A DNA stretch of 64,000 bases from Terriglobia bacterium (lineage in GTDB: Bacteria > Acidobacteriota > Terriglobia > 20CM-2-55-15): NCBI GenBank assembly GCA_965218585.1, contig CBDCLE010000004.1, forward strand, positions 143,006 to 207,005, written 5' to 3'. The notes below the pieces were generated by a model. It was not told where the DNA came from and searched no databases. It saw only the letters and a program-made list of their open reading frames with translations. Position numbers and translations under genes: made by a program. Shown here in pieces: positions 27,044 to 39,364 of the stretch (position 1 is its first letter; each line of letters opens with the position of its first letter).

Positions 27044-27355
27044 ATGAGCATGCGAGACAAAATGCGCGCCTTCGGTTACAGCAAGGAAGACGCGTACTTC
27101 TTGAAGAAGGATCAAGACCTGATCGATAAAATGCGAAAGGAGGCGGCTCGACGGAAACGTGAGCTCGCCGAGAAGCACAAGGGAGCGCCCTACTGGATGA
27201 AGTGCCCGAAGTGCGGCTCGGACTTGGATGAAGAGCGCTACTCCGACCTGGTCAACATCGATCGATGCACCGGATGCTCGGGTTTGTACCTGGACAAAGG
27301 GGAGTTGGCAATCATCCTCAAGGCCCAGTCGAGCCGATCCCTTGGAGAGGGCTGA
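27044..27355 (+). CDS. zf-TFIIB-like zinc-ribbon protein
   Basis: EDAYF, CPKC, IDRCTGC, LDKGEL. Confidence 0.82.
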   Translation: MSMRDKMRAFGYSKEDAYFLKKDQDLIDKMRKEAARRKRELAEKHKGAPYWMKCPKCGSDLDEERYSDLVNIDRCTGCSGLYLDKGELAIILKAQSSRSLGEG

Positions 27356-27404
27356 TACGGACCTGGCGTTGCCGGGGTTCGTCGTATACGTCGAGCGAAA
27401 GAGA

Positions 27405-27462
27405 ATGGCTCGGAGAACCGTCCTGACAAGCCGGCAGAGGTCGGCCCTGTTTTCCCCTTCCG
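27405..27462 (+). pseudogene. Tn3-family transposase start remnant (second scar near 17670-17725, minus strand)
   Basis: MARRTVLTSRQRSALF; shared GAGAATGGCTCGGAGAACCGT.CTGACAAGC. Confidence 0.55.
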
Positions 27463-27589
27463 CAACGCGAGGTGGGTGAGCGGTTCCGATGTTCGGCAAC
27501 AGATTCAGTTCATCAACCAGCTGTTCGAGGTCGCTGCATGAGACGGAGCCTGGTCGATCCAACCAGTCACTCTCTTGCTGATTTTCGAA

Positions 27590-27848
27590 AGTTGCAACAC
27601 ATCCTGAAAGCTCGAGCATGTAGTCGGTGAGTGCGTCGAACACTACAATCATCACCGGCACCATGAATCACTCAACAATGTGACCCCAGCCGATGTCTTC
27701 TTCGGACGTCATCAGGACATGCTCTCCCGAAGCAAGCAGCGGACCCTGGCTCAACGCAGAATCGCGAATCTTAGGACTGGAGTGGTGTAACGTGAAAACC
27801 GTCTCTTAGCAAAACGGCATTTTTGTCCAAAATGTTCTGACGACATAC
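27590..27848 (+). mobile_element. IS3/IS481-type transposase 3' remnant with right end
   Basis: VEHYNHHRHHESLNNVTPADVFFGR; end TGTCCAAAATGTTCTGACGACATACA. Confidence 0.7.
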
Positions 27849-27963
27849 ACGCGCGCATGAAGTGCATGATTCCTTCATGTCGTCACTGGGCTGGGCGTAT
27901 GCTAAGACACTTTCGACGGGCGATTTTCTGAACGACTGAAGTCTTAATCCGAGGAGCCCAACG

Positions 27964-28680
27964 GTGCAAAATGCGATTGTCATTGGGGCATCTTCGGGAA
28001 TTGGAAGAGCGCTAGCCAAGACACTCGCCCGGGAAGGCTACGCACTGGGTCTTGCAGCGCGCCGAACGGATCTTCTGGACTTCCTAGCCCGCGAACTGCC
28101 CACCCCGACTTTCGTGGCGACGCTGGACGTCTCCCAACCCGAAGGTGGAATGAGCGCTCTCGGTGAGCTCATAGCCCGCATGGAGGATGTGGAACTCTTC
28201 GTCTTGAACGCAGGAACCGGCTTCATCAATCATGCGCTGGACTGGGAACCCGAGAACGAAACGGTCGCTGTCAATGTCGTCGGCTTCACGGCCATGGCCA
28301 ATGTTGCACTGAAACACCTCGAACAGCGGGGCGGGGGCCAGTTGGTGGGAATTTCTTCGATCGCGGCTCTCCGGGGCAATCGTGAAGCTCCCGCTTACGG
28401 AGCTTCGAAGGCGTTCATGTCCAATTACTTGGACGGCTTGCGACACAAATACGCGAAACAACGCCTCCCGATCTATATCACCGAAATATTGCCGGGATTC
28501 GTGGATACGGCGATGGCGAAGGGGGACGGGAAATTCTGGGTGGCCTCGCCTGAGAAAGCCGCCCGGCAGATCAACGCCGCGATCCGCAAACGGAAGAAAA
28601 AGTCCTATATCACCCGGCGGTGGAGACTGATCGCCTGGATCGTCAAAACTCTGCCTGACTGGATCGCCCATCGCATCTGA
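27964..28680 (+). CDS. SDR-family oxidoreductase
   Basis: GASSGIG, NAG, YGASK. Confidence 0.94.
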   Translation: MQNAIVIGASSGIGRALAKTLAREGYALGLAARRTDLLDFLARELPTPTFVATLDVSQPEGGMSALGELIARMEDVELFVLNAGTGFINHALDWEPENETVAVNVVGFTAMANVALKHLEQRGGGQLVGISSIAALRGNREAPAYGASKAFMSNYLDGLRHKYAKQRLPIYITEILPGFVDTAMAKGDGKFWVASPEKAARQINAAIRKRKKKSYITRRWRLIAWIVKTLPDWIAHRI

Positions 28681-28789
28681 GTGCTCTTGCAGGCTGTCGG
28701 ACTTGAAAGCACCGATTGAGCGTCTACGAATCGACGATTGAACGTTTGCAGAGCGATTCGGTGAAGAAGTGTCAAGAAAGACTGTGATT

Positions 28790-29107
28790 CGGCATTGTAT
28801 CGCCGAGATACCAAACTACAATGCTCTTTACGCGGAACAGGACAGCAACCAGTTTTCAGTTCTCGGAATCACCCTCCAATCTGGATCATTCGAGGACGTG
28901 GCGCCCCACATTACGGAGTTGGGAATCGAATACCCCGTCGTCATGGGAAACGAACAAGTAGTTCAAGGCTTCGGCGGATTGATTGGCTGGCCGACGACCT
29001 TCATAGTCAGCTCCGACTGACAGATCTACAAGAAATATCTAGGCCAAACGGAAGGCAAGAAACAAGCTATCGAACAGGACATTCTGGACCTCACCGGAGC
29101 TGTAGAC
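28790..29107 (+). pseudogene. TlpA/thioredoxin-like remnant
   Basis: CIAEIP..YPVVMG..WPTTFIV; N-terminus missing; TGA at 29018. Confidence 0.75.
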
Positions 29108-29442
29108 GCGGCGACGCTGTCGTTCTAAGTGGTTCTGCTCGATTCGTCGGCGCGGGTTCCGCCATCGGTCCCCAAAATCAGGCAGTATCTACGCTGGCTC
29201 CTCAATTCCAAGCACGTGGACTCCAGTGAAGCCGGCCTCGGCGACTCAATGCCGCATTTCAATTTTCGTTGACAGGCCGGCGAAGTCCAGCAAGACTTGG
29301 ATGGCAGATTAATCCCATGCCCGCTTCGCGACAACTCATCGTTTGCTTGTGCATCGTGCTCTTGGCGTGTTGTGGTTTTGTATCCATTGGGCCGCCAGAG
29401 ATTGTTTGGGTCGTTCCTCTCTTTGCTACTTTCTCGTTTGTC

Positions 29443-30992
29443 CTAGGAGTCTGCGCGGCAGAGCGGAAAGAACCTGGATTTATTGGGATTTGATCGTGTT
29501 GTCGGAGGCGACCGGACCGATTCTGCCGTTATGATGAACTCAGACCGGTGCGGACTCCAGTAGTAAGCCGTGTGATAAGGGTGGCGGTCCCGGTTTTCCG
29601 GATTAGGCCCATTCGATCTTCCCGTTCATCCGTCGTAAGTTCACTGCTAGAGTCACCAGGTTCCACTCACAGGTCACCTTGTCCAAACCTCGCAGACTGA
29701 ACTGTCGGAATCCGAGCACCGATTTGATCCACCCGAAGGGCGGTTCACCAATGTGCTTTCTGGCCCGGTAGCGATCACGCCCAGACGGGGATTTCATTTT
29801 TCTCGTCATCCGACCAAGCGCGGTATCTTGTGGCGGGAGGGGGGCATCGTCCAGGTCCTTCTCCCGCCCCATGGCGACATACCCATCAATTTGGCGTTGT
29901 TCTAACATCCCCAGATTCGACTCGGATCGATACCCCGCATCAGCGAGCACGCGGCCTGGAGACTCTCCCAGGTTGTTGTTCACCGCATCCAGAGTCGGCT
30001 CCAACTGCCCCACATCCGACGCATTGTCGCTCACCGTGGTCGCCACGATGATCCGGGCCTCGGAATCCACCATCGCCTGCGCGTTGTAACATTGCTGGAA
30101 CCCTTCCGTGGAGGTCTTCATGATCCGGCTTTCTGGATCGGTGAAGTTCTCCTGGGCCTTGGGCTTGGGCTCGCCCATGGGGCGTTTGAATGGCTTGCCC
30201 TTCTTTCCGCTTCCCGGTTCGTCGTCTCCCGGTTTCCGTCCGGCTTCCTGGTCCGCAGCCATCTGACGTTCCTCGAGTCGCTTCATCGCCGCCTGGATCG
30301 TGGCCAGACGCTTCTTACGGGTCGCCAACCCGTCGGGTAGTTCGTCTCCGCGCCGGTCCTTGCCGTAACGCTGGTCTTCGTCCTCATCGGTCGCGGTCGC
30401 CCGGTTCAACAGATCCCGAATCTGCTCACCCAACTCGGTCTCCTGCTTCTTCATGCGTTGATAGCTCATCGCTTTGCGTTTGCTCGCATTCGCCCGCATC
30501 TTGGTTCCGTCCACCGCTACCGTCCCCATCTTCACCAAACCCGCTTCTCGCGCCATCATCACCACTTGCACAAACAGCTTCCCGAACTCCTCAAGATGCA
30601 GTTTGCGAAAATCCGAGATCGTTCGGTGCGCGGGAAAGTTCTCGGCTCCCAACATCCGGAACGCCACATCTTCTCTCAACTTCGCTGCGATCTTCCTGGA
30701 TGAAAACACTCCGGTCCCGTACCCATAGATCATCACCTTCACCATCATCCGCGGATCGAAGGCCTGATTGCCAGGCCCGTCAGTTCCATGCCTCTGTTCG
30801 AACCCGCTCAAATCCATCGCGTCCACAGCATCCGATATGAAGTACGACAGGTGATCTTCGGCCAGCCAATCGCTCAGCGACGGTGGCATCAGCAGGCTCT
30901 GTTCTGGAATATAGGCTCGGTAAGTTCGTGGCATGCCCTATCTTCCATCCATTCCCGCCCAATTTCGGTCCTTCTGCCGCGCAGACTCCTAG
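29443..30992 (-). mobile_element. IS1182-family element (transposase 29603-30934)
   Basis: IRs GAGTCTGCGCGGCAGA with CTAG at both ends; intact 443-aa ORF. Confidence 0.94.
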
Positions 30993-31776
30993 CATCGCGG
31001 CGATCGCTTGTGCTGAACGTTGCAGATGTACTCCCCCACGCGAACTCGCGCCCAGGGTAACCCCGGGGTGGTTACGGGTCGCTACGAGGATTCTGGCGAG
31101 GTACTCCCTGACGGGTCGGGCGATTTCCACGTCTCTGACCTGTGCCTGCATTTCGCGTATAGTCTGACCATCCAGAACGGGTTCTACAAGTGGGTCACCA
31201 CGCTGGTTGCGCTCCAGTATTTCTACCTGTTCAGCCTCGTTCGGGTTACCTATGGTCAGGGACATTGTGAAGCGGTCGAGTTGGGCGTGGGGTAGTGGGA
31301 AAGTTCCGTAGCTGTCGATATCGTTCTGAGTGGCGACCAGCCAGAACGGGCTGGGCAAAGAATAACTTTTGCCGTCGGCCGTAACCTGTCCTTCGGCCAT
31401 CGCCTCCAGTAGTGCAGATTGAGTTCGCGTACTGGTCCGGTTGATTTCGTCTGCCAAGACTACGTTCGCAAAAATTGGTCCCTCTACGAACTCGAAACGA
31501 TTGTCCGCCTGATTAAATACAGATGACCCGGTAATGTCAGTGGGAAGAAGGTCGGGGTTGAATTGGATGCGCTTGAAGCTTGATCCCAGGGATCGGGCAA
31601 GGGAACGGGCTAAAAGCGTCTTCCCGGAACCCGGAAGATCGTTGAGCAGAAGATGTCCTCCCGCAAGCAGACTCGCGACACTCAGACGGATAACCTCCGG
31701 CGGAGCGACAACCGCCTCGGAGACGTTCCGTACTAGGCTATCCGAGTTCTGGACAAATGAATTTGTGAGAATCCAC
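30989..31776 (-). pseudogene. MoxR-family AAA+ ATPase, 3'-truncated by IS1182; apparent frameshift near the start
   Basis: PGSGKT, RIQFNPDLLPTD, LADEINR, ATQN, LDRF. Confidence 0.9.
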
Positions 31777-31788
31777 TTACTCCTATAG

Positions 31789-33256
31789 TACTACTATGTT
31801 ACAAACGAAGCGGTCCACAGAACGGACAACGAGGAAGCTGCTGAATCAGGAAGCGGGCGATGCGAATGCGAAGCGTGGCAATCGAGCAGGGGTTATGTCG
31901 TTCGGGCCGGATCCGGGGTTCCGCGGGGTTTGAAGTGTTTGGGGAGTTTGGGGACGGATAGTCCAACATGCTCGACAAATGCAGAGGGGGAAAAACGGCT
32001 CCGCTCGGCGACCAGGAACCCATAAGAGGCAATACATAAGGTGCCATGATGGTGAAATCCACGCCAGCCGCGACCTTCGTAGTGTCCCAGACCGAGTTCC
32101 TGCTTGAGTTCCTGATAGTCGCGTTCGATGATCCAGCGCTGTTTGGCCTGACCGGCCAGATCGGAAAGCGAGGTATGGGCCCCAAGAGTGGAGAGCCAGT
32201 ACCGGATCGGTTCGGATGCGGTCTTGGGCCACTCGACCAACAACCACTCTTTCGGATGCGGCGAGTGGCGCTCGTGATCCAGATGAGCGGGACGAATGCG
32301 AACTGCGGCGAAACGGGAACGCAGGGTCTCGGAGGTGCCTTCGCGCCAGGAGACGTTCTTCCAACGCTGGGGAGACAACGAGAGGGCCAGTTGCTTGACC
32401 GAAACCGGTTGATGTTTCTTGTTGCGCTGCATGCGGGTCGGTGTCCGTCCGCGGCCGGTCAAGGATTTCGGCGGCAAGGGACCCTGGCCCGGTTTCCACA
32501 CGGTCGTGGTGCCTTGCACCCCTAGGACGTAGCTAAGTCCGAGTTCGGTGATGCCGTGCCGGAACTTGTAGTTGTTGCCGTAGGCCGTATCGCCCAGAAC
32601 CGGTGCCGGAGCAATGCCGTCATCGACGGCCTGCCGGATTTGTTCCAAAGCAATTTGAGGTTTAGTTTGAAATCGAACGTCTTCGGGAATAGCGGCTTTG
32701 CTTCGACGTTCCGGATCCTTCGCCCAGGTCTCGGGGAGGTAGAGTCGCCATGCCACCGGCAAGCTGGATTTCGCTGTCGCCACCGACAGGCTCACCGCCA
32801 CCCGGCAGTTCTCAGGTTTGCCGACCTGTCCACAGTATTGCCGGGCCACACCCACCGAGTGGGTCCCCTTTTTCACGAATCCGGTGTCGTCGACAATCCA
32901 GGCTTCAATCGGACCGTTGGCTTCCATCGCCCCCAGCGCGTACTGTCGAACTTCTGCCAACAGAGCCGCATCGTCCCAGGGCGCATCCGCGACCAGATGA
33001 TGTAGCGACTGGTGCATTCGGCGTACATTATCCGGAGCCAATCGTGCAGCCATCGGCTCCACACTCTTACGTTTGATCGGCAGCAACAACCCGGTGCAGT
33101 ACGACTTCAACGGTTCATGACGATCGGCGTGTCCTGCGGCCGACGCCAGGCGTTCCAAATAGGCCGCAAAACGTTTTTCCTGAGTGCCTGGCGCCTTCGA
33201 TTTGGCGCTCATGACCGGATGCTAACATAAAATAGGCCGTTTGTAACATAGTAGTA
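31789..33256 (-). mobile_element. IS701-family element (transposase 31893-33212)
   Basis: IRs TACTACTATGTTACAAACG / CGTTTGTAACATAGTAGTA; DDTGFVKKGTHSVGVARQYCG, LGDTAYG, RWIIE..KQELGL. Confidence 0.94.
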
Positions 33257-33303
33257 GTCTACCCCCATGGGAAAAGGCGGCGCGAGAGTCCACACGAATC
33301 CGT

Positions 33304-34101
33304 TTGCCGGATGGGAAGCTGAGGCGGCGGTTGGTTAAACCGCAACTGATTGGCTCCATAGTCGGAACCGTTGAAGGCGTTATCCCCGGAGCGGGGGGCA
33401 CGATCGCTTCATTTCTCTCCTACAACGAAGCCCATCGCTGGTCGAAGACTAAAGAAGAATTCGGCAAGGGGTCCCCGGAAGGAGTGGCAGCGCCGGAAAC
33501 AGCAAACAACACAGTTGCTGCGACCGCGCTCGTTCCGTTGCTGAGTTTCGGAATCCCCGGATCGAACTCCGCGGCAATCCTGCTGGGTGGATTGCTCATA
33601 CACGGTCTCGTTCCGGGACCACGATTGTTTGAAGAAAACGCCGACGCCGTTGTCGGCCTTTATACCGGGCTCTTTGTCGCAAACCTGTCGTTGCTCCTGA
33701 TCGGCAGCGCTATCCTGCCGGTATGCCTCTGGCTGGTCAACCGGTCCAAGGCGGTACTGATGGCTTTCATATACGCGCTGATCTTCTCGGGCGTCTATAC
33801 GATCAACTTCAGCTTGTTCGACGTGGGTCTGGTACTGGCTGCCGGTACTGCTGGCCTCGTGATGCGGATTTTGGGATTGCCCTTGCTGCCGGCCGTTCTC
33901 GGTGTTGTCCTGGGCTTTCTGGTGGAGTCGAACTATCGCCGGTCTCTTGTGCTCTCAGGGGGTGAACATTCGATTTTCCTGGAAGATCCCATCGCCATAG
34001 TTCTTCTCTCGGTCGCTGGCCTGTTTATCATGGGTTCGGTCGGTACGAGAATCTGGTCGAGCATTCGGACCAACGGAGGCAGCCGAGGAGCAGGTATACG
34101 G
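33304..34101 (+). pseudogene. tctA: TctA tripartite tricarboxylate transporter permease, C-terminal half, reading through into the next gene
   Basis: PGAGGTIASFLSY, FGKGSPEGVAAPETANN, GIPGS, PGP. Confidence 0.85.
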
Positions 34102-35472
34102 ATGAATAAAGAACCGCGCCAACCCGTCGCCGTGACTCTGGCTGAGTGGATCGCGGGATTTTCTTCCGAAGAGTTGCCCGAAGCCGTCACAAAGGCCACG
34201 GCCCACACCCTGATCGACACGATCGGTCTCGCCTTTGCCGCCCGCAATACCGATTACGTCGAAGCACTCGGGCAGTCGTGGACGGAGACCGGTGCATGCA
34301 CGGTCATCGGTTCCAAAGACTCTCTGTCCCCGGAAGCCGCGGCAATGATCAACGGAGCGGCGGCACATGGTGAAGACTTCGACAACACGTTCGAAGGATG
34401 TCCGGTGCATCCGGGAGCGGTCATCGTACCTGCTGTGTTTGCGATTGCCGAAGCCAAAGGGCTCAATGGTGCCGATGTGTTGCGAGGTATCACAGTAGGT
34501 CAGGAAGTGATGTGCCGGATAGGCCTGGTCGTCGAGAAGGGGACGCACGCGGCGGGCTTTCACCCAACTGGTGTAATCGGCTCAATGGGAGCCACCGCAG
34601 CCATCGCGGCGGCTACAGGGGCAGCTCCGACGGCAACCACCAATGCTCTCGGGATTGCCGGAAGCATGGCGTCGGGCATCATCGAATACCTGTCCGACGG
34701 TTCATCGACTAAGAGGATGCATGCGGGTTGGGCAGCCCAATCCGGACTGCGCGCCCTGGCAATGGGCCGCGCGGGCTTCAAGGGCCCCGCCACCGTGTTC
34801 GAAGGCGAACACGGATTCTTTCACGCCTTCGCCCCTTCAGTGTCTCCTGACCTCCGCCTGTTGACAGAGGAACTCGGAAGCCGATGGGAAGCCGCGAGGT
34901 TGGCGTTCAAGCCGTTCGCTTGTGGGACCATGGTCCAACCCTTCGTGGATTGCGCAATTCGTCTTGGCAAACGCGGCATCGGCATCGAAGATATCTCAGA
35001 ACTCACATGCTCGGTTGGAGAAGGAACGGTGCATCGTCTCTGGGAACCTCTGGAGCTCAAGCGCAACCCGCCGACCGGATACGCCGCTAAGTTCAGCACA
35101 CCCTACTGCATTGCCGTTTCTTTCCTTAGGGGAAAAGCAGGATTGGCCGAGTTCGATGAAACGTTGGTTCAAGACCCTGAGATTCGTGCTCTTTCCAACA
35201 AGGTCGGATACAGGATCGACCCCGACGACGAGTACCCACAGAACTACACCGGTCACGTCCGGGCAATCCTGACCGACGGCTCAGTGGTCGAGGAACGCCA
35301 ACCCTATCTTCGGGGCGGAGTGCGGGAACCACTGGACCGGGAAGAACTGATCGACAAATGTGCGGCCAACCTCGGCTATGGCGGCGGGGACCCAGGACTG
35401 GCAAGTGCAATCGCTGAATGGGCGGACCGATTGCGAGAAAACACGACGGTAATCCCCCGACTGCCCGTATAA
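34102..35472 (+). CDS. MmgE/PrpD-family protein
   Basis: HGEDFD, HPG, GFHPT, FEGEHG, KPFACG, AKFS; own ATG with GAGGAG RBS. Confidence 0.9.
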   Translation: MNKEPRQPVAVTLAEWIAGFSSEELPEAVTKATAHTLIDTIGLAFAARNTDYVEALGQSWTETGACTVIGSKDSLSPEAAAMINGAAAHGEDFDNTFEGCPVHPGAVIVPAVFAIAEAKGLNGADVLRGITVGQEVMCRIGLVVEKGTHAAGFHPTGVIGSMGATAAIAAATGAAPTATTNALGIAGSMASGIIEYLSDGSSTKRMHAGWAAQSGLRALAMGRAGFKGPATVFEGEHGFFHAFAPSVSPDLRLLTEELGSRWEAARLAFKPFACGTMVQPFVDCAIRLGKRGIGIEDISELTCSVGEGTVHRLWEPLELKRNPPTGYAAKFSTPYCIAVSFLRGKAGLAEFDETLVQDPEIRALSNKVGYRIDPDDEYPQNYTGHVRAILTDGSVVEERQPYLRGGVREPLDREELIDKCAANLGYGGGDPGLASAIAEWADRLRENTTVIPRLPV

Positions 35473-35496
35473 ACGATGCGGTAAACTCTCCTCGGC

Positions 35497-38469
35497 ATGA
35501 AAGACAAGGACGCGCTCGATGCCCTGCGCCAGGGCGACTACGAAACGGCTTCCCACCTACTGGCAGATGTCGTCCGAGACAACGGATACAGTTCCGATGT
35601 CCTGAATCACGCCTACACGATTGCTCTCGATTCAGCGGACAAGAAGGACGACCTGGCCGAAGCCGCGTTCGAGATCGGGAAGCATTATCAGGACGCGAAA
35701 CCGAGCCTCGCACTGGATTATTTTCAGAGGTCTATCTTCTCTGGGCTGGATCCGGACCGAGTTCGAGGGGTTTGCGAATACCAAGCCCGTTTAACCGCGG
35801 GTCTTCGGAAGAACCCTCCAGCCGCAATCCGCACCGAACATGTTGCGCACGTGATCGGCTGCTTTCTCCCCGGTCACGCACCCAGCCTCTACATTCAATT
35901 GATGTCGAAGGCCTTGAAGCAGCAGGGTATACGGTCAACCGTATTCACGACCGAGTGGGCATCGGACTGGTTCTTCAACCCACCGGGTCAACAGTCGCAA
36001 GCATTCGAGGTTGATGGGGAAACCATTGTCGGCCCTCGAAGCGGTGGCTTTCTCGAACGTGCAGAGATAGTCGCGACGGCCATTCGGGACAAGGACATCG
36101 ATATCGCTTTCTACCATTGCGGACCGACCGAACAGATCACCGTTCGGGTCGCGGCGCTCGGATCCACACCTGTTCAGATCAACGTCAACCATGCCACCGA
36201 AGTGGACGCCGACATCTTCGACGGATTCGCCCATCTGTTTCAGAACGGCCTTGAACGTAACCGCTTTCCGCACCGTCCCTCCCGGTGGATCCCCCTGATC
36301 TCTGATATCGAAGAACGGCTCACCTCGTGTGTGCCTCGACGACGGGAGGAACTCGATCTCGAACGAGCCGAAACTGTTTCGGGCACTTACGGCAACCTTT
36401 TCAAGGTCAGTCCCGAGTACGTGCAGACGCTGGTCCGAATCATGGAAAGATTCCCCGGGCATTACGCTATAAGGAAGGACGCCCCTTTGTCGGCTGTTGC
36501 CAGGAGGAAAATCTCCCGACAACAACCCATTCAACGTAGCTGCGTTGAATTCAAAGACAAAGGAGCACGTAAATGAAACAGGCCAAGTATATCGGCATGG
36601 ATGTGCACCAGGCAACGACGGTGGTGATGGTCTTAAACGCAGACGGCAAACTGGTCTGGGAAAAGATCGTAGAGACCCAGGCCGGGCCAATCATTGATTT
36701 GCTGGAGAGTCTGAGTGGTGAGCTGCACGTGACGTTTGAAGAAACCACGCAGGCCGAATGGCTCTACAACGTGGTCCGGGGATATGTGAGCGAAGTGATC
36801 GTGTGTGATCCCAGACGGAACAAACTGCTCAGTGACGGGTCCAAGACCGACCGGGTGGATGCCCTGAAACTGGCCGAGCTGCTCCGGGCCGGATGGCTGC
36901 GGTCGGTCTACCACGGGCACGATGCGACGCGGACGTTGAAAGAACTGGTCCGCGGATATGAGACCTTGACCCTGGATACGCAGCGGACGATGGTTCGGAT
37001 CAAGGCAATGTATCGAGGACGTGGGATCCGGACGCCGGGCCACGGCGTCTACCTCCCATCGCAGCGGGAACACTGGATCGAACAGCTCGCCAATACCGGT
37101 GCACGGCGGCGTACCGGATGGTTGTATGAGGAGCTGGATCATCTGAGAGGGTTAAGAAAAAAAGCGAAGCTGGCGATGTTAACCGAGAGCCGCAAGCATC
37201 GTGCGGTGGGGATATTGCAGACGATTCCCCAGTTGGGACCGATACGTTGCGCCTTGATTGTAGCGACGGGGGACACCCCGCATCGATTTCGAACCAAACG
37301 CCAGCTCTGGAACTACAGCGGTCTGGCCGTGGCAATGCACATGAGTGCGGAGTATGAGCAGGAAGGGAGTCGTGTGGTACGTCGTCGAAAGCCGATCGCC
37401 ACGCGGGGACTGAACCGCAACGGCAACCGACGTTTGAAAGATGTGTTCATCGGGGCGGCGACCGGAGGCATGGGGGCCGAACCTTGGAAAAGCTACCTGG
37501 AGGGGCTCCAGAAAGACGGCAAGCGTAAGGAGATGGCTCGGCTGACACTGGCGAGGAAGATTGCAGCGACCGCACTGAAGATGTGGAAGAAAGGAGACAC
37601 GTTTAACGCAAAGAAACTGAACTTGGCGACATAGCCGTTTCCAGACTTCTGCCGACAGCGCGAGGCATTCGACCGCTCGTCGTCGGTGAGGCGTCGGAAC
37701 GGTAGGGTCGAGGGTGAGGATCCGATACGCGGTTGGCACACAGCGCTTGCTGAAGGCCCATGTAATACTCTATCCCCCCTCGCACGACCTGGAAAAGCGA
37801 TAGCCCTCGAGGCTCAGATAGAACCGTGGTCGGCAATCACGACCCCTTTGCGCTTTTCAGTTTCTCGAAACCACACCACGTTGTGATGAGTGATCGACTT
37901 CTCTGCGATGCCGGATCAACAGTTCGTCTCAACGGAGACAGGGGCTGGCTGCCACGACAGTGTTGGGTCCGGTGGTCCGCTCGGCGGGGACGTGTTTCTC
38001 TTGACAGCCCCTTCCATAGAACCACGTATTCGCTGGAGCGGGGGACGAAGCGCCAATCCGGGAACCTCTCGAAGCTGCCGGACTGCTATCCCGCGTTCGT
38101 TTCCTTGGATACATGAACGACATCGCCGACGTTCTGGAGATGACTGACGTGTACCTCAACACGTTCCCTGTGTCCGGGGGGCAGTCCGTGCTCGAGCCTA
38201 TGGCCGCTGCAAAACCCGTAGTCATCTTGCGCCACAGGGAGGCGACTCACTTCAATGCGGGAGCTGAACTGGCGGGACTCGAGGAAGTATTGGCCGATAG
38301 CGAAGACGGCTACCTAGAACTGGCAACCAGGTTCATCAAAGATGCCGCACTTCGACAAAAGCTCGGAGAGAAACTTCAGAAAAGATTTCGGGATAATTTC
38401 CGACCCACCGATCTGGGACCCAAGTACGTCGACTTTATGCGCGAGGTCGTCGAGACAACGACGGCTTAG
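35497..38469 (+). pseudogene. TPR-like + GT-B glycosyltransferase (GT41/GT4-like) split by IS110
   Basis: GTYGNLFKV..FPGHY | HVFAG..RVRFLGY..DVYLNTFPVSGGQSVLEPMAAAKPVV. Confidence 0.78.
36466..38022 (+). mobile_element. IS110-family (IS1111-like) element (transposase 36573-37634)
   Basis: YIGMDVH, KTDRVDA, TIPQLG, LARKIA; removal rejoins CATTAC-CACGTA; ~380-bp right non-coding end. Confidence 0.88.
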
Positions 38470-38657
38470 ACAAGTATGTACACGGCCGAAGTCGAACCGA
38501 GGCCTGGCCAAAGATCGACTTCCGCTCTTTGTGGATAATGTGTTCGACCGGAATGGCAGATGAGTATTCCTGGCGAAAAGAAACGCGAAAAGCATTCTTG
38601 ATTTAGCTTGTTCCAGATCTCATAGCACGCTAGCAGTAGACGATAAGGAGGGGTCGC

Positions 38658-39071
38658 ATGAAGCGCTTGACACTGACTCTATGTCTCTCAGTTTTTCTTG
38701 GTGGAACCCAAGCCCAAGCCCACCATTCTTTTGCTGCCGTATACTCAGAGGAAGAGACAGTCTCTATTGAAGGGGAAATCGTTCGTTTCGACTACAGCAA
38801 CCCTCATGCCTGGTTATACGTGAGTGCTCCCGATGCGCAAGGGACGGTGCAGCGATTCGGCGCAGAGTGGTCTAACCCTAATCGCCTAAGCAGGCAAGGG
38901 ATCACGGCAACGACGCTACAAGTGGGAGACTACGTCATCGTTTCCGGAAGTCCGGCACGAGATTCCACCAAACTTGACATTCACCTGAAAGGAATCGAAC
39001 GTCCGTCGGACGGATGGCAATGGGAAGAGAACCGCAACCGCCGGCGAGGCCGGGGGCGTGGGCGGCGTTAA
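38658..39071 (+). CDS. DUF6152-family secreted protein
   Basis: Signal peptide + AHHSFAA, NPHAW, GDYVIVSG. Confidence 0.85.
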   Translation: MKRLTLTLCLSVFLGGTQAQAHHSFAAVYSEEETVSIEGEIVRFDYSNPHAWLYVSAPDAQGTVQRFGAEWSNPNRLSRQGITATTLQVGDYVIVSGSPARDSTKLDIHLKGIERPSDGWQWEENRNRRRGRGRGRR

Positions 39072-39364
39072 GTCGGTCCTTCATTTCAGGAGACACTTCT
39101 GAGCGTTGCAGATCCTCGATCCCCTCTAGATCCTTGCGGCTACGTTCAGCGACGTCCCTGCAACGTCTTCATCCATCACCGGATGTCCCTACAACATAGT
39201 TGAACGCTCTTCGGGCAAACTAGGAACGGTTCCTAAACGCTCTGTGACTGGTGACAGTCGGGGCACCGTTAATCGTCCATTGAGTTACATGATTCAGCAG
39301 CAGCGTAACCAGTGATATCCTCGACGCGCCGAACGGATCCAGGAACGGAACAAAGGAGCCAGTC

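Noticed and set aside
29018-29020. Selenocysteine TGA in a thioredoxin-like ORF
   Set aside because: The TGA is far from the CxxC position and the gene is already 5'-truncated.
33304-35472. Genuine TctA-MmgE/PrpD fusion protein
   Set aside because: MmgE has its own RBS and ATG and TctA is truncated; a lost stop codon or sequencing error is more likely.
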